Sequence record: PZ295659.1
Length of the DNA stretch: 64,000 nucleotides
From: a phage
Strand: one strand, 5' to 3'
Shown here in pieces: positions 28,349-37,513 of this stretch. The position numbers and the translations under genes were made by a program. Numbering within the stretch: position 1 is the stretch's first letter; each line of letters starts with the position of its first letter. The notes under the pieces are model-generated. The model saw only the letters and a program-made list of their open reading frames with translations, had not been told where the DNA came from and made no database searches.

Positions 28349-28957
28349 TCAGTAACCGACAATAGACAGATTCCAGATTGTATAACTTCCATCTTGAATA
28401 ATAGAATCTACACGCAGTGTAGTCCCTATAGGGAGCATAAATTCACATTCGTCAGATATAAGTCTAGCATTAGACCGTCTTGTCGCTTCAGGGAAAGCTC
28501 CATTGAACTCACAAGATGGCGCAGCCAGAATCATGTTAAGCATATGTTCACGGAAGTTGAAAGCAAATGGTGCATCTTTGATGCAGAACATATTAAATGT
28601 TCCGTAAAAATTATACGAAGCAAAGTTACGTGCTACACTGAACACTGGGCTGAAGCTCATTACTCTGTCAAATTTAATAATACTACCAACGCCTTTATCA
28701 TCGAGTGTGGCCATAGTTTTCTTAGAGATTCCACGATACATTGTCTCAGGAACAGAAGACGTCCAATTTCTACGAACGATTGAACTTAACTCCTGTTGGA
28801 TGCTATCAGGCTTGTTTTCCATACATTGCCATAGTACACTTTGTTCAATGTCGCTGAATTGCTCATCGATTTTGTACTGAAGCATATCTTGATAATCCGG
28901 GCATTGAGCACGACGAACCATTTCTTCAATTTCACATTCATTATACGGCATAAACAT
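28349..28957 (-). CDS. modA: ADP-ribosyltransferase, ModA/ModB-like
   Basis: 202 aa; R-S-ExE elements: YRGISKK, FSPVFSVA and SDECEF; position between dda and soc as T4 mod genes. Confidence 0.6.
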   Translation of the reverse strand: MFMPYNECEIEEMVRRAQCPDYQDMLQYKIDEQFSDIEQSVLWQCMENKPDSIQQELSSIVRRNWTSSVPETMYRGISKKTMATLDDKGVGSIIKFDRVMSFSPVFSVARNFASYNFYGTFNMFCIKDAPFAFNFREHMLNMILAAPSCEFNGAFPEATRRSNARLISDECEFMLPIGTTLRVDSIIQDGSYTIWNLSIVGY

Positions 28958-28985
28958 TTAGGTTTCTCCTGTGGTTGATAAAAGT

Positions 28986-29015
28986 ATAGTATCATCGTCG
29001 GTAGAGTTTGTACAC
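28986..29015 (-). promoter_or_regulatory. Early promoter (GTGTACA-N17-TACTAT) for the ADP-ribosyltransferase gene
   Basis: Consensus elements about 30 nt upstream of the ATG. Confidence 0.5.
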
Positions 29016-29304
29016 TAAAAATTCAACATTTTCAAATGAATGATTTTGTTAGGTATTCGCGTTCTTGAAGTTCAGATTGACATGTCATGATAGACCTCCA
29101 TTTAAAGATAAGCCTATCATAACACGAGAGGAGGGAATGTAAACTACTTTTTAAGCTTTCCTACTAAAGGTCCATCAGGTCCAGGTTGTTCTAACATGAA
29201 TAAGGATGCTTTAAAAAGCAATGCCAACCCTTTCACCATTCGATACCATGTCTCAAAGTCTTTTTCCTTGATTTCTAGTAAGAATTTCTCTTTAAATTTC
29301 TCTT

Positions 29305-29493
29305 TCATTTCCAAGGACTCCATGGTGGAGGGTCGTCATAATAAGAGGCAAGGTCTTTCAGGGCTTCAACAGGTAAACTAAAGCCGTGTCGTTGTATAAT
29401 ACTATCTAGTTCATCAACAAGTTCACTACGATGCACTTTAGGAGCCTCAACTTCAGGCTCATCAAACATACTCATCAAGTCCATATTATTCAC
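29305..29493 (-). CDS. Hypothetical acidic small protein
   Basis: 62-aa ORF. Confidence 0.35.
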   Translation of the reverse strand: MNNMDLMSMFDEPEVEAPKVHRSELVDELDSIIQRHGFSLPVEALKDLASYYDDPPPWSPWK

Positions 29494-29950
29494 CGAGATA
29501 AAAACTAGCAGGTTCAGAGAATGTTTCTAGTGCTACACCTTTTGTCTTAAAAAATTTCCAAATAGCTCGTTGCAAATGGGTTAAATCTGCTAATGATGTA
29601 ATAAAGTATTTTTTGGCAAAATACTTATGGTCTCGCTTTTCAAACAAGTCTAAACGCTTTTCAGGATTCACATAAACTGCATTTTCCGTAGATTCATAAC
29701 CTAAGTCCTTTATGCCTTCTTCAAGACTAAACGGAGAATTTTTAGAATGAGTAATAGCTCCAACTCGCTCTACACGAATTTTGTAACCTTTAGGAATCTG
29801 CAATTTACAGAATTCTTCTACGATATATTGCGGATTATTTAGACTTTTGTTAATGAGAATAGCTATTTCTAGTGGAGTCTTATCTTCTACTGGTATATGT
29901 TTAAACGATTTGGCTTCAAGCAAATACATTTTAAATAACATAGCATCCAT
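29486..29950 (-). CDS. Hypothetical protein
   Basis: 154-aa ORF. Confidence 0.5.
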   Translation of the reverse strand: MDAMLFKMYLLEAKSFKHIPVEDKTPLEIAILINKSLNNPQYIVEEFCKLQIPKGYKIRVERVGAITHSKNSPFSLEEGIKDLGYESTENAVYVNPEKRLDLFEKRDHKYFAKKYFITSLADLTHLQRAIWKFFKTKGVALETFSEPASFYLGE

Positions 29951-30339
29951 TATAATTTCCTCGATGGTTCACCCATATAAAGTTTTACAATACGTTCGCC
30001 TTCATCTTCGATGAGTTTCTCTTCGTGTTTCTGGAATTCTTTAGCCATATTCTCTTCAAGAACATCCAGCCAATCTTCTGGTTCGACTCCATCATTCAAG
30101 CTTTTAAACCATTTTACTATTTTGTTCATTCACAGCTCCCTGAGCTTGAACCACAATCAGAATAACTTGACCCAGAATCACCAGGCCAAGACGATACGTA
30201 TGAATGATTATAATCGGAAGAGCTTGAAGCATTAACCTGTTTTGTTTTTGGACGAACAACTTCTTCCATCATTCCGTCACCGATATATTCCCAACTTTTT
30301 TCGTGTGTATCAGGAATAGGCATCATACCTTCGCCTGGT

Positions 30340-30567
30340 TTAACAGCAAACAACTTCTTCAGCATCGTAAGCATTAATTGTTCCTCGAACAAAACGAACA
30401 CCACCGTCATCCCAACGGATTTCGGCATTAAATTTGACGTCTTCACCATCCATCATGAACGAGTGTACGACTACATCATCATAATATCCAAGGCCGTATT
30501 TCAATGAAACTTCTTGAGCAATCAAAGCACCTAATGTGTTATTAGGTTTAATCCAACGATTTAACAT
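30340..30567 (-). CDS. Hypothetical protein (start at internal ATG with strong SD gaggag)
   Basis: Six-frame ORF 30340..30636 trimmed. Confidence 0.45.
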   Translation of the reverse strand: MLNRWIKPNNTLGALIAQEVSLKYGLGYYDDVVVHSFMMDGEDVKFNAEIRWDDGGVRFVRGTINAYDAEEVVCC

Positions 30568-30595
30568 ATTGTTCTCCTCTTGAGTAAGTAAGAAT

Positions 30596-30625
30596 ATCTT
30601 AACACAGTTTTTAGCGGTTGTAAAC
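30596..30625 (-). promoter_or_regulatory. Early promoter (GTTTACA-N17-TAAGAT) downstream of the soc terminator
   Basis: Consensus -35 with weaker -10. Confidence 0.4.
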
Positions 30626-30642
30626 TGTAGAAACAAAAAAAA

Positions 30643-30662
30643 AGGAATCCCGAAGGATTCCT
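30643..30662 (-). terminator. UUCG-tetraloop hairpin (AGGAAUCC-UUCG-GGAUUCCU) + U9 after soc
   Basis: 8-bp stem, UUCG loop, nine-U tail on the minus transcript, 8 nt after the soc stop. Confidence 0.7.
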
Positions 30663-30669
30663 TAAATTA

Positions 30670-30906
30670 TTAACCACTTACTGCTGTAGGCGTGAACATT
30701 GCTGCGTTCTTGGTCTTCCAGTCAGCAGCATCAGTTACTACCGTTGTATAAGCAGCTTTTTCAGACGGGAAAGTCTGATAATGAGAATCTGCAATCCGAT
30801 GTTCGTTTGAATAAATCTCAAACGGTACAGAAACTTCCATACCTTTAACTTCTTTGCCTTCACCAGCAGGATGCGTAAAGGTTTTGATGTTTACATAACC
30901 ACCCAT
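30670..30906 (-). CDS. soc: Small outer capsid protein Soc
   Basis: 78 aa; GYVNIKTF...HYQTFPSEKAAY matches remembered T4 Soc; late promoter upstream; strong SD aaaggag. Confidence 0.85.
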   Translation of the reverse strand: MGGYVNIKTFTHPAGEGKEVKGMEVSVPFEIYSNEHRIADSHYQTFPSEKAAYTTVVTDAADWKTKNAAMFTPTAVSG

Positions 30907-30937
30907 AATTAACTCCTTTGTTGTTTAATTACAGGTG

Positions 30938-30945
30938 TATTTATA
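30938..30945 (-). promoter_or_regulatory. T4-type late promoter TATAAATA for soc
   Basis: Exact TATAAATA on the minus strand 32 nt upstream of the soc ATG. Confidence 0.65.
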
Positions 30946-30951
30946 ACTTAA

Positions 30952-31473
30952 TTAGTAACCATTATCCTGGCGTTCAAAGTTGTGTTGGTTTTTCAGGTAA
31001 TACAGTTTGAAGATTTCTTCAGCAGAAAGTCCTAGACCTTGGAACATATTTAGAACGAAATGCAGAATATCAATCATTTCAAATTTAATTTCAAGCTGGT
31101 CTTCAGGAGACAGTTCATCGATACGACGATTTCGATATTCAGCATGTTGTGCCTTCCACGGCTTCCATACAGAGCTAGCGGCTTTTTCACCATTGCTCAT
31201 ACCACCAAGTGAAGTCAGCAGTTCACGGAATTCATCATCAATATAATCTTTCTGATTACGCAGCCAGTCAACAACATCACCAGCAGTAGCCAATTCATCA
31301 GGATGTTTGTTATGTTCAGGCTTGTCATTTGCCAGACGAACCTGTAAAGATTTCTGCATATCAAGCATTACCTGCAGAGGGTCTTTATCTTCGTGAATCA
31401 GAGCATTAAAATAAGCTTCTTCTGCTTTATCAACACCAGAAATAAGTTGTGAACATTCGTTAAAGTGCGCCAT
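30952..31473 (-). CDS. 56: dCTP pyrophosphatase gp56
   Basis: Start at ATG 31473 (MAHFNEC...), SD aaagga; MazG-like; between soc and gp61 as in T4. Confidence 0.75.
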   Translation of the reverse strand: MAHFNECSQLISGVDKAEEAYFNALIHEDKDPLQVMLDMQKSLQVRLANDKPEHNKHPDELATAGDVVDWLRNQKDYIDDEFRELLTSLGGMSNGEKAASSVWKPWKAQHAEYRNRRIDELSPEDQLEIKFEMIDILHFVLNMFQGLGLSAEEIFKLYYLKNQHNFERQDNGY

Positions 31474-31563
31474 TATTTTTCCTTTCAATTCAGTATAAGA
31501 GAAGTTAATTCTAACATTAATTTTATAAAGCGTAATAAATAATAAGGTAACTAAGGAGATATT

Positions 31564-31761
31564 ATGTTTAAACTTCCATCGTTAATCAACGCTATTAAAG
31601 GCAATAAAAAGAAAACTGCTATCGCTGCAATAGTTGTAGGTGGCATTATTTCATGGAACTTTGGGATTGCACCATTGTTAGTTGCCCATGGTGTTATGGT
31701 TCCTTCTGTTCCATTGGATACTGTAGTTGATTTGGCCTTTGCTATTATAGGGCTTGTTTAA
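31564..31761 (+). CDS. Small membrane protein on the opposite strand (65 aa, two predicted TM segments)
   Basis: Strong SD taaggag 7 nt before ATG; hydrophobic IAAIVVGGIISW and VDLAFAIIGLV; the only plus-strand candidate gene inside the minus-strand run. Confidence 0.45.
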   Translation: MFKLPSLINAIKGNKKKTAIAAIVVGGIISWNFGIAPLLVAHGVMVPSVPLDTVVDLAFAIIGLV

Positions 31762-32780
31762 ATCTTAGAATAACGAGATAATCTCATTTTAGCATGCAAC
31801 CCACTTGAAATATTCTGTTTCATATATTCTAAAATTTCTTGTGGTGTTGCATTTTCTTTCATTACCATATCATTCACATCCTTTGATCTCCATGGAGCTC
31901 GGTCCCAGAACATGACACGTTCGCCTGCATCAACTAATCGCTTCATGCGAGCTATAGTATCCGGATGCCTAGGTTCATTATCCATTACCCATACCCGACG
32001 TTCTTTAAATGGTACCACATCTAAATCTATTGAGCCGCCTGTAATAGCGATTGCATTGGGTATGAATAAACTATCAATAGGGCCTTCCATTACCCAGACG
32101 TCTCCTTCCTTAACACGTTCAACACCATAAATTTTTGTTGCAGACTCAAACGCTTTAATAGTGATATATTTCTGAGGAGCATCTTTACGAAGTGCACGTC
32201 CTTGGAATGACTCGGCCTTCCCATCTTTATTAAAAATAGGAATCACTAAACGTGGTTCTGGAATCTCTTTCTTATACGTACCAGGTTGAATCTTGTTGAC
32301 CAATTTGGGCCATTCTAATGTGAACCATAATCTGTTCCATGATTCTTTAGGAATGCATCGAGACTTAACATATTTCACAATAGGATGCTCTTCAGGCAGC
32401 TTGTCCAGACGAGAACAAGACGGCAAAGAATTTATAGTCTTTTTCTCCGGTTCTGGTTTATGTTCAGGAACCTTTTCAATCTTTGGTTCCATTCTAGCTT
32501 TTTCTTTACGAACTTCCATTAGATATTCGCGGTAAAGCTCTTCATCATACTCTTTTAAGTATCCGGAAATTGTATTGTGGTATTGACAATTATAGCAATG
32601 TACATTACCAGGAGTACCGCCATAATACCATCCACGAGCTTTCATTACATCTGTCTGGGAGTCGCCACAAACTGGACAACGAAATGTTAATTTAAATGTG
32701 CTTGAATTATTGATTTGTCTAAAACGAGGTAGGTGAGAAAACGCACGATAAGCAAATTCATTATCTATCCATTCAGCCAT
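31758..32780 (-). CDS. 61: DNA primase gp61
   Basis: 340 aa; N-terminal zinc-binding CPVCGDS...CYNCQYH and Toprim region; size as T4 gp61. Confidence 0.9.
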   Translation of the reverse strand: MAEWIDNEFAYRAFSHLPRFRQINNSSTFKLTFRCPVCGDSQTDVMKARGWYYGGTPGNVHCYNCQYHNTISGYLKEYDEELYREYLMEVRKEKARMEPKIEKVPEHKPEPEKKTINSLPSCSRLDKLPEEHPIVKYVKSRCIPKESWNRLWFTLEWPKLVNKIQPGTYKKEIPEPRLVIPIFNKDGKAESFQGRALRKDAPQKYITIKAFESATKIYGVERVKEGDVWVMEGPIDSLFIPNAIAITGGSIDLDVVPFKERRVWVMDNEPRHPDTIARMKRLVDAGERVMFWDRAPWRSKDVNDMVMKENATPQEILEYMKQNISSGLHAKMRLSRYSKI

Positions 32781-32793
32781 AGTATTCTCCAGA

Positions 32794-32813
32794 GGCCTTA
32801 AATTAATAAGGCC
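32794..32813 (-). terminator. Hairpin GGCCUUA-(6 nt)-UAAGGCC upstream of gp61
   Basis: 7-bp inverted repeat in the 39-nt intergenic gap. Confidence 0.4.
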
Positions 32814-32819
32814 ATCATA

Positions 32820-33314
32820 TCACAACTTATTAATATTTACTTTAATTCGCTTTCTTTTCTTGGAAGGAATTTGTTCTGGACCTTTATTTACGACTGCACC
32901 TGTAGTTGTTCCTGATGCAATAGCTTGAGGACTACCGCCTGAATCACCAGCAACCATATCCTCAAATAAAGGGAGTTCTTTAAATATTTCTTTCTGTTGT
33001 TCTTCCGTAATGTTATAGCGTGAAGCTACAGCACTCCAGGCAGACATCATTGAGGCCATTCCATTAAGACCTGGAACAGTGCTCATCATTCGCTTCATTG
33101 AACGAACTGAAGCATGAAAAGGTGTATAAGCCGCTTTCTCTTCGGGAGTAGAAGGACGTTTAAGAACACTTCCACGTTCATCGATGATTTTGGCTTCGTA
33201 TGCTTTCCATTCGGTAAAAGGTTTTTGCATTAGTCGAATAAACTTATATGCATAAACAGAATCTATTGCAGTGTTAATAATACCCATAGGTACCTCCTGA
33301 GTATATTTAATCAA
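32820..33314 (-). CDS. Hypothetical protein
   Basis: 164-aa ORF. Confidence 0.5.
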   Translation of the reverse strand: MIKYTQEVPMGIINTAIDSVYAYKFIRLMQKPFTEWKAYEAKIIDERGSVLKRPSTPEEKAAYTPFHASVRSMKRMMSTVPGLNGMASMMSAWSAVASRYNITEEQQKEIFKELPLFEDMVAGDSGGSPQAIASGTTTGAVVNKGPEQIPSKKRKRIKVNINKL

Positions 33315-33504
33315 TTACAAAGATTGCTTTGTCACCATTTATATCTGTGACTTCATATGTAGTGCCTTCATACTGTGGAATATTCCAAATTACACCATCA
33401 TTAGCTTTTACGCTAATATGGTATTGGTGTTTTGAAACAACTTCATAATCTTCAAAACTTGTAAAAACACTAATTTTAGAACCAGTGCAAATTGCAGTAG
33501 TCAT
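33307..33504 (-). CDS. Hypothetical protein
   Basis: 65-aa ORF. Confidence 0.4.
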   Translation of the reverse strand: MTTAICTGSKISVFTSFEDYEVVSKHQYHISVKANDGVIWNIPQYEGTTYEVTDINGDKAIFVID

Positions 33505-33505
33505 T

Positions 33506-34165
33506 TTAACCTCGATTCATAAATGCATTAAATATTTGGTCATCAACAGAAATTTCTAATTCGACTTCAATTGTTTCAGCCTTTTCTTCAGGTGGTAATT
33601 CGTATCCACACACTACAATTTTTTCATCGATATCAAAATACACAGAAGCAATACGATTAATGTTATTTTCGGTTAAGTCTAAATCAACATCAACATCTTT
33701 TTGACCTACACTTAAAGGATAACTAATACGGGTTATTTTATTATCTTTAACAAAGAGACCACCAACATACTCTGTACTACGTTTGAAGTTTACACGTTTC
33801 CGAAATGAAAGATATGATGCATCTTTACCGTGAGCTCGGCTCATAGGACATAATGAATAGCTAGAATAAGAGATGTCAAATCCTACACCTTCAATATGAG
33901 CCAACGCGTCATGATTAAACCAATTATAATCATATGCCAAATCCATTATATTGTAATATGTGAAAGGCACCGGATTAACATCATACGTTGTACCTTTAAA
34001 ATCTGCCCAGGCAACGATTTCGTTATCTTTAACAATTACAAAAATTACACCAATATGATATCCGTTATTATTTTCATTCGGCGTTATATTATAACATTGT
34101 GCATTAGGAAATTTACCATATTTAAACGGCGCATTTTTGTGCATATAATAAATCATATTATTCAC
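33506..34165 (-). CDS. Hypothetical protein
   Basis: 219-aa ORF. Confidence 0.5.
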   Translation of the reverse strand: MNNMIYYMHKNAPFKYGKFPNAQCYNITPNENNNGYHIGVIFVIVKDNEIVAWADFKGTTYDVNPVPFTYYNIMDLAYDYNWFNHDALAHIEGVGFDISYSSYSLCPMSRAHGKDASYLSFRKRVNFKRSTEYVGGLFVKDNKITRISYPLSVGQKDVDVDLDLTENNINRIASVYFDIDEKIVVCGYELPPEEKAETIEVELEISVDDQIFNAFMNRG

Positions 34166-34451
34166 CTGTGATTTCGGTTACGATATCTTTGTTATCGAAA
34201 TTAGGGTCACAATACAAGACATAATTGTACTGCATGATACCACCGGACTTAAGTTGTTCAACAACTTTATTAACCATATTAGGACGGTCTCGTTTAGTGA
34301 TGTTCATGATATCAGAGAAAATTTGTTGTTCAACATCTTCTTGATTTGCAGTCATTGACCACTCACAGAGGTCTTTATCATAACCTGCCGTAACTGGAGC
34401 CGGTGCACATGATACTGCAAGTAAGATTGCTGCCAATGATAACTTTTTCAT
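34158..34451 (-). CDS. sp: Periplasmic protein Spackle (Sp)
   Basis: 97 aa; signal peptide MKKLSLAAILLAVSCAPAPVTA then GYDKDLCEWSMTA...MQYNYVLYCD as remembered for T4 Sp. Confidence 0.7.
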   Translation of the reverse strand: MKKLSLAAILLAVSCAPAPVTAGYDKDLCEWSMTANQEDVEQQIFSDIMNITKRDRPNMVNKVVEQLKSGGIMQYNYVLYCDPNFDNKDIVTEITGE

Positions 34452-34480
34452 TTTAACTCCTTAGTTGATTTGATAGGACT

Positions 34481-34510
34481 ACTATACTATAGTCCATCTA
34501 TAATGTAAAC
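34481..34510 (-). promoter_or_regulatory. Early promoter (GTTTACA-N17-TATAGT) for sp
   Basis: Consensus elements; -10 inside the aggactac / atagtcc inverted repeat. Confidence 0.55.
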
Positions 34511-34514
34511 AAGT

Positions 34515-34763
34515 TTATTCTTTTTCGCGAATAATAATTACTTGTTGAGGCTGCTGAGCAGATTTCTTTTCGGCAACGATAGACCAAATTAAAGTTCCAA
34601 TCCAACCAACCATCGTCCAGTTAAAGAGTAAAGATACAAAGAAGATTGCTGTTGTGCTTTTTGTGCCACGAATAAGTGCGATTACCCAAGGCAACATGTA
34701 AATGATGATTGAACCAATACCTGCGATTAAAACCGCTACTGAACTAGCTACGAATAATTCCAT
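34515..34763 (-). CDS. Small inner-membrane protein (two TM segments)
   Basis: 82 aa, hydrophobic throughout. Confidence 0.55.
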   Translation of the reverse strand: MELFVASSVAVLIAGIGSIIIYMLPWVIALIRGTKSTTAIFFVSLLFNWTMVGWIGTLIWSIVAEKKSAQQPQQVIIIREKE

Positions 34764-34824
34764 GTTAATTTCCTCTTGATTTGTTATGTTTATAATATCT
34801 TATTTTAACTTTGGCGTAAACCAA

Positions 34825-35193
34825 TTAATTAAATTTGTTTAAACGTTCAATACACTGGACGTAGTTATTTGCGATTTGTTTCTGGGTAGGCTCTTTACCA
34901 GTTGTTTCAATATAGCGAATGAATGCGATTTCAGTAGCCTGTAAGCAATGTTCTTTAACGCGCTGTTCTTTTGACATAGCTACGGTATCAGAATCACGAT
35001 AACGTTGAGCATGAGCATCAGCTTGAATCATTCGATTACCTACAGTAACCGGGTCTTCCACTTCAACTTTAGGTTGGTCATACTGTTTAACATTCGGATT
35101 GTAAATCAGTTGGCCAACGTTATTAGGGATAAAGCCGTGGGCACCACATCCGGTTAATCCAAATACCATTGCTAAAGCGATTAATTTTTTCAT
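34825..35193 (-). CDS. Putative lipoprotein
   Basis: 122 aa; signal peptide with lipobox LTGC. Confidence 0.55.
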   Translation of the reverse strand: MKKLIALAMVFGLTGCGAHGFIPNNVGQLIYNPNVKQYDQPKVEVEDPVTVGNRMIQADAHAQRYRDSDTVAMSKEQRVKEHCLQATEIAFIRYIETTGKEPTQKQIANNYVQCIERLNKFN

Positions 35194-35221
35194 TTCAATT
35201 TCCTCTGTAGTTGATAGAAAG

Positions 35222-35251
35222 ATAGTAACACAGTATGCGATGCTTGTAAAC
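35222..35251 (-). promoter_or_regulatory. Early promoter (GTTTACA-N17-TACTAT) for the lipoprotein gene
   Basis: Consensus elements about 30 nt upstream of the ATG. Confidence 0.5.
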
Positions 35252-35253
35252 AG

Positions 35254-35511
35254 CTATTTTAAACTTTTGCGAAATTTGCGTTTTTCTTGACGAATCTGTC
35301 GTTTAGTCGGACGTACAGCAAATTTAACGAAGTCCACTTTACCGTGTGGAAACTTTTCAGATGCTTCACAGTCCATCATTAGTTCCCATCCTTCCAGAAT
35401 AAGAGCTTTCCATTGTGTAGTTGATGCAAATTCGTATGTTGATGGTTTAAACACAGTTGAATACATATTATCCTCTGAAATCAGCTTCGAAAACTTTCTC
35501 GTCATTAACAA
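35254..35511 (-). CDS. Hypothetical basic protein
   Basis: 85-aa ORF. Confidence 0.4.
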   Translation of the reverse strand: MLMTRKFSKLISEDNMYSTVFKPSTYEFASTTQWKALILEGWELMMDCEASEKFPHGKVDFVKFAVRPTKRQIRQEKRKFRKSLK

Positions 35512-35659
35512 ACGCTTTAACTAATGCGTTGTTCACTTCAGCAAGTTGTACCGCAACCCACTCGATTTCTTCGCTATCACCTGATAACATGATATCTTTA
35601 GTGAACATCTCGCCGCTTTTAAACCAACCGATAAAAGTAACTTTAGTTAATTTGCTCAT
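35468..35659 (-). CDS. dmd: Dmd-like antitoxin
   Basis: Start at internal ATG (MSKLTKVTFIGWFKSGEMFTKDIMLSGD...), about 63 aa; resembles remembered T4 Dmd; between sp and gp41. Confidence 0.55.
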   Translation of the reverse strand: MSKLTKVTFIGWFKSGEMFTKDIMLSGDSEEIEWVAVQLAEVNNALVKAFVNDEKVFEADFRG

Positions 35660-35973
35660 ATTTCCTCGCAAAATGCCCATTCAGCGTGATAAACTGTAGC
35701 ACCTTTAGTATTATTCATTTGAACTACGTCTACCGGAGAAATTACTCGATAGAGACGTGGTTCACCTCCATAAGAGCGTGCTGCTCGTCCTGCATAAATC
35801 TTTGCTAAACCGATATCTTCAGTAAAGAATACACGATCCAAGTTTTTCTTACGTCCAGTTTCAGACAGAACTCCTGTTTCTTCAGGAGGACAAAGTATAT
35901 TTTCGATGTTAGCTGAACTACTTGAACCGTGATAAAAAATCTTAAATTCTGCTTTACAATCGATGGTTTTCAT
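35656..35973 (-). CDS. Hypothetical protein
   Basis: 105-aa ORF with SD and early promoter. Confidence 0.5.
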   Translation of the reverse strand: MKTIDCKAEFKIFYHGSSSSANIENILCPPEETGVLSETGRKKNLDRVFFTEDIGLAKIYAGRAARSYGGEPRLYRVISPVDVVQMNNTKGATVYHAEWAFCEEI

Positions 35974-36002
35974 TTTGTTCTCCTCTTGGTTGGTGTAAGT
36001 AC

Positions 36003-36032
36003 ATCATATCATGCCTAGAGGAAGATGTAAAC
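36003..36032 (-). promoter_or_regulatory. Early promoter (GTTTACA-N17-TATGAT)
   Basis: Immediately downstream of the gp41 terminator hairpin. Confidence 0.5.
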
Positions 36033-36036
36033 CCCG

Positions 36037-36058
36037 AAAGGAGACCGAAGTCTCCTTT
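36037..36058 (-). terminator. UUCG-tetraloop hairpin (GGAGAC-UUCG-GUCUCC) + U-run after gp41
   Basis: Plus-strand aaaggagaccgaagtctccttttt 4 nt after the gp41 stop. Confidence 0.65.
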
Positions 36059-36061
36059 TTA

Positions 36062-37504
36062 TTAAAATTTTAACTCATTGGCTAAGCTATCTAGGTCAGC
36101 ACGTGTTGTTTTGGCTTTACCTACGCGTTCCGTACGATTCATCTCTGCCTGACGCATCTGAGCACCTGCGTTTTCATTTACTGTGTTAGGTGTGTTCATG
36201 CCTTCTTGCTCAATCTCAACCCATTTCTGGTTGCCTTTACGTACACCCATCAGGAATTTATTCCACTTATTCTTATCACCGTATCGTGATTTGATTTGTT
36301 TGATAAGTTGTTGTTCAGCTTGTGCAAGTTCTTCGGTTTCAATTACGGCCAACATGAAATCTGCCGTTGCTGGTAAACCTGCTGATTCTGCAATATCGCT
36401 CATGTTCATATCCGAAGCATCCCATGCTGCACGTCCTACTTGAGCTGCAGTCCATAGAACTGTTTCAGATTCTACTGCTAATGCACGAAGTTCTTCTGCG
36501 ATAGCTTTAACTAATGTGTAGCTATTTTCAGTGTAAACTCTGATACGACAAGACCCACAAATACCTAAGTAATCAACCATGATTACAGATGGCACAAAGT
36601 TCTTCTTGAGTTTCAATTCATTAAGCAATGCACGGAATGTATTAGCATTAGCTCCACCAGTAGGATACTGTTTAACTACTAAACGTCCTAATGTGGATTT
36701 TGAACGCCATTTTTCCATCTTGGCTTTATATTCAGCATAAGATACGTTACCATCATCGATATCATCAAGTGATACGTCAAGCATGTTTGCATCTATACGC
36801 TTAGCACAAACTTCTTCAGCCATTTCCATGGAAATATAAAGAACATTATGACCTGTTTGAAGATAATCTGCAGCAAGTGAACAAAGGCCTAAAGATTTAC
36901 CAACGTTAACACCGGCCATTAAAACATTCAGTGTACCGGTTTCAGCACCACCTTTAGTGATTTTATTCAGAATGTTTAATTTGAACGGGACCTTACGTGC
37001 TTTGTTCAGATAAGAAAGCCAGCGGGCTTCATAGTCTTCCATCCAGTCGTGTCCAACATAACTATCAAACGAAATTGAAAGTGCTTGACGCATAATATCA
37101 GGAATAGCTCCTACGTCAGGCATTTTCTTGTTACGTTGTTCTGGAGGTAGTTCAGCATTAGACTGAATCTCAATGATTTTGGATGTAGCATTATACATCG
37201 CTTTTTGCTGGACATATTTCTCAGTTTCTTTAACCAACCATTCGTGGTCTTCAGGAGTATCAGCCAATTTTTCAATTAGGTCTGAAGTTCCTTTATATTC
37301 GGCTTCAGTTAAAGAACTGTTATCTAAAGCCACCTTTAATGCGTTGATAGACGGCATTGCATTATATTCGTTAACGTGGCTCTTTATAATTTTAAAGACG
37401 TTTTTTGCCGGTCCACGCTCAAAATACTCAGAATCCATATAAGGCCAAACCTTAGAAAAATAAGCCTGGTCATATACTAGATGAGACAAAATAATTTCTA
37501 CCAC
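36062..37504 (-). CDS. 41: Replicative DNA helicase gp41 (DnaB-like), GTG start
   Basis: 480 aa; MVEIILSHLVYDQAYFSKVWPYMDSEYF...; first codon is GTG preceded by SD aaggag. Confidence 0.9.
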   Translation of the reverse strand: MVEIILSHLVYDQAYFSKVWPYMDSEYFERGPAKNVFKIIKSHVNEYNAMPSINALKVALDNSSLTEAEYKGTSDLIEKLADTPEDHEWLVKETEKYVQQKAMYNATSKIIEIQSNAELPPEQRNKKMPDVGAIPDIMRQALSISFDSYVGHDWMEDYEARWLSYLNKARKVPFKLNILNKITKGGAETGTLNVLMAGVNVGKSLGLCSLAADYLQTGHNVLYISMEMAEEVCAKRIDANMLDVSLDDIDDGNVSYAEYKAKMEKWRSKSTLGRLVVKQYPTGGANANTFRALLNELKLKKNFVPSVIMVDYLGICGSCRIRVYTENSYTLVKAIAEELRALAVESETVLWTAAQVGRAAWDASDMNMSDIAESAGLPATADFMLAVIETEELAQAEQQLIKQIKSRYGDKNKWNKFLMGVRKGNQKWVEIEQEGMNTPNTVNENAGAQMRQAEMNRTERVGKAKTTRADLDSLANELKF

Positions 37505-37513
37505 GATAACTCC

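Noticed and set aside
28304-28783. Plus-strand 159-aa ORF
   Set aside because: Lies antisense within the ADP-ribosyltransferase gene; Cys/Arg-rich translation typical of antisense frames in AT-rich DNA.
28786-28995. Minus-strand 69-aa ORF
   Set aside because: Overlaps the start of the ADP-ribosyltransferase gene and its promoter in another frame; no SD.
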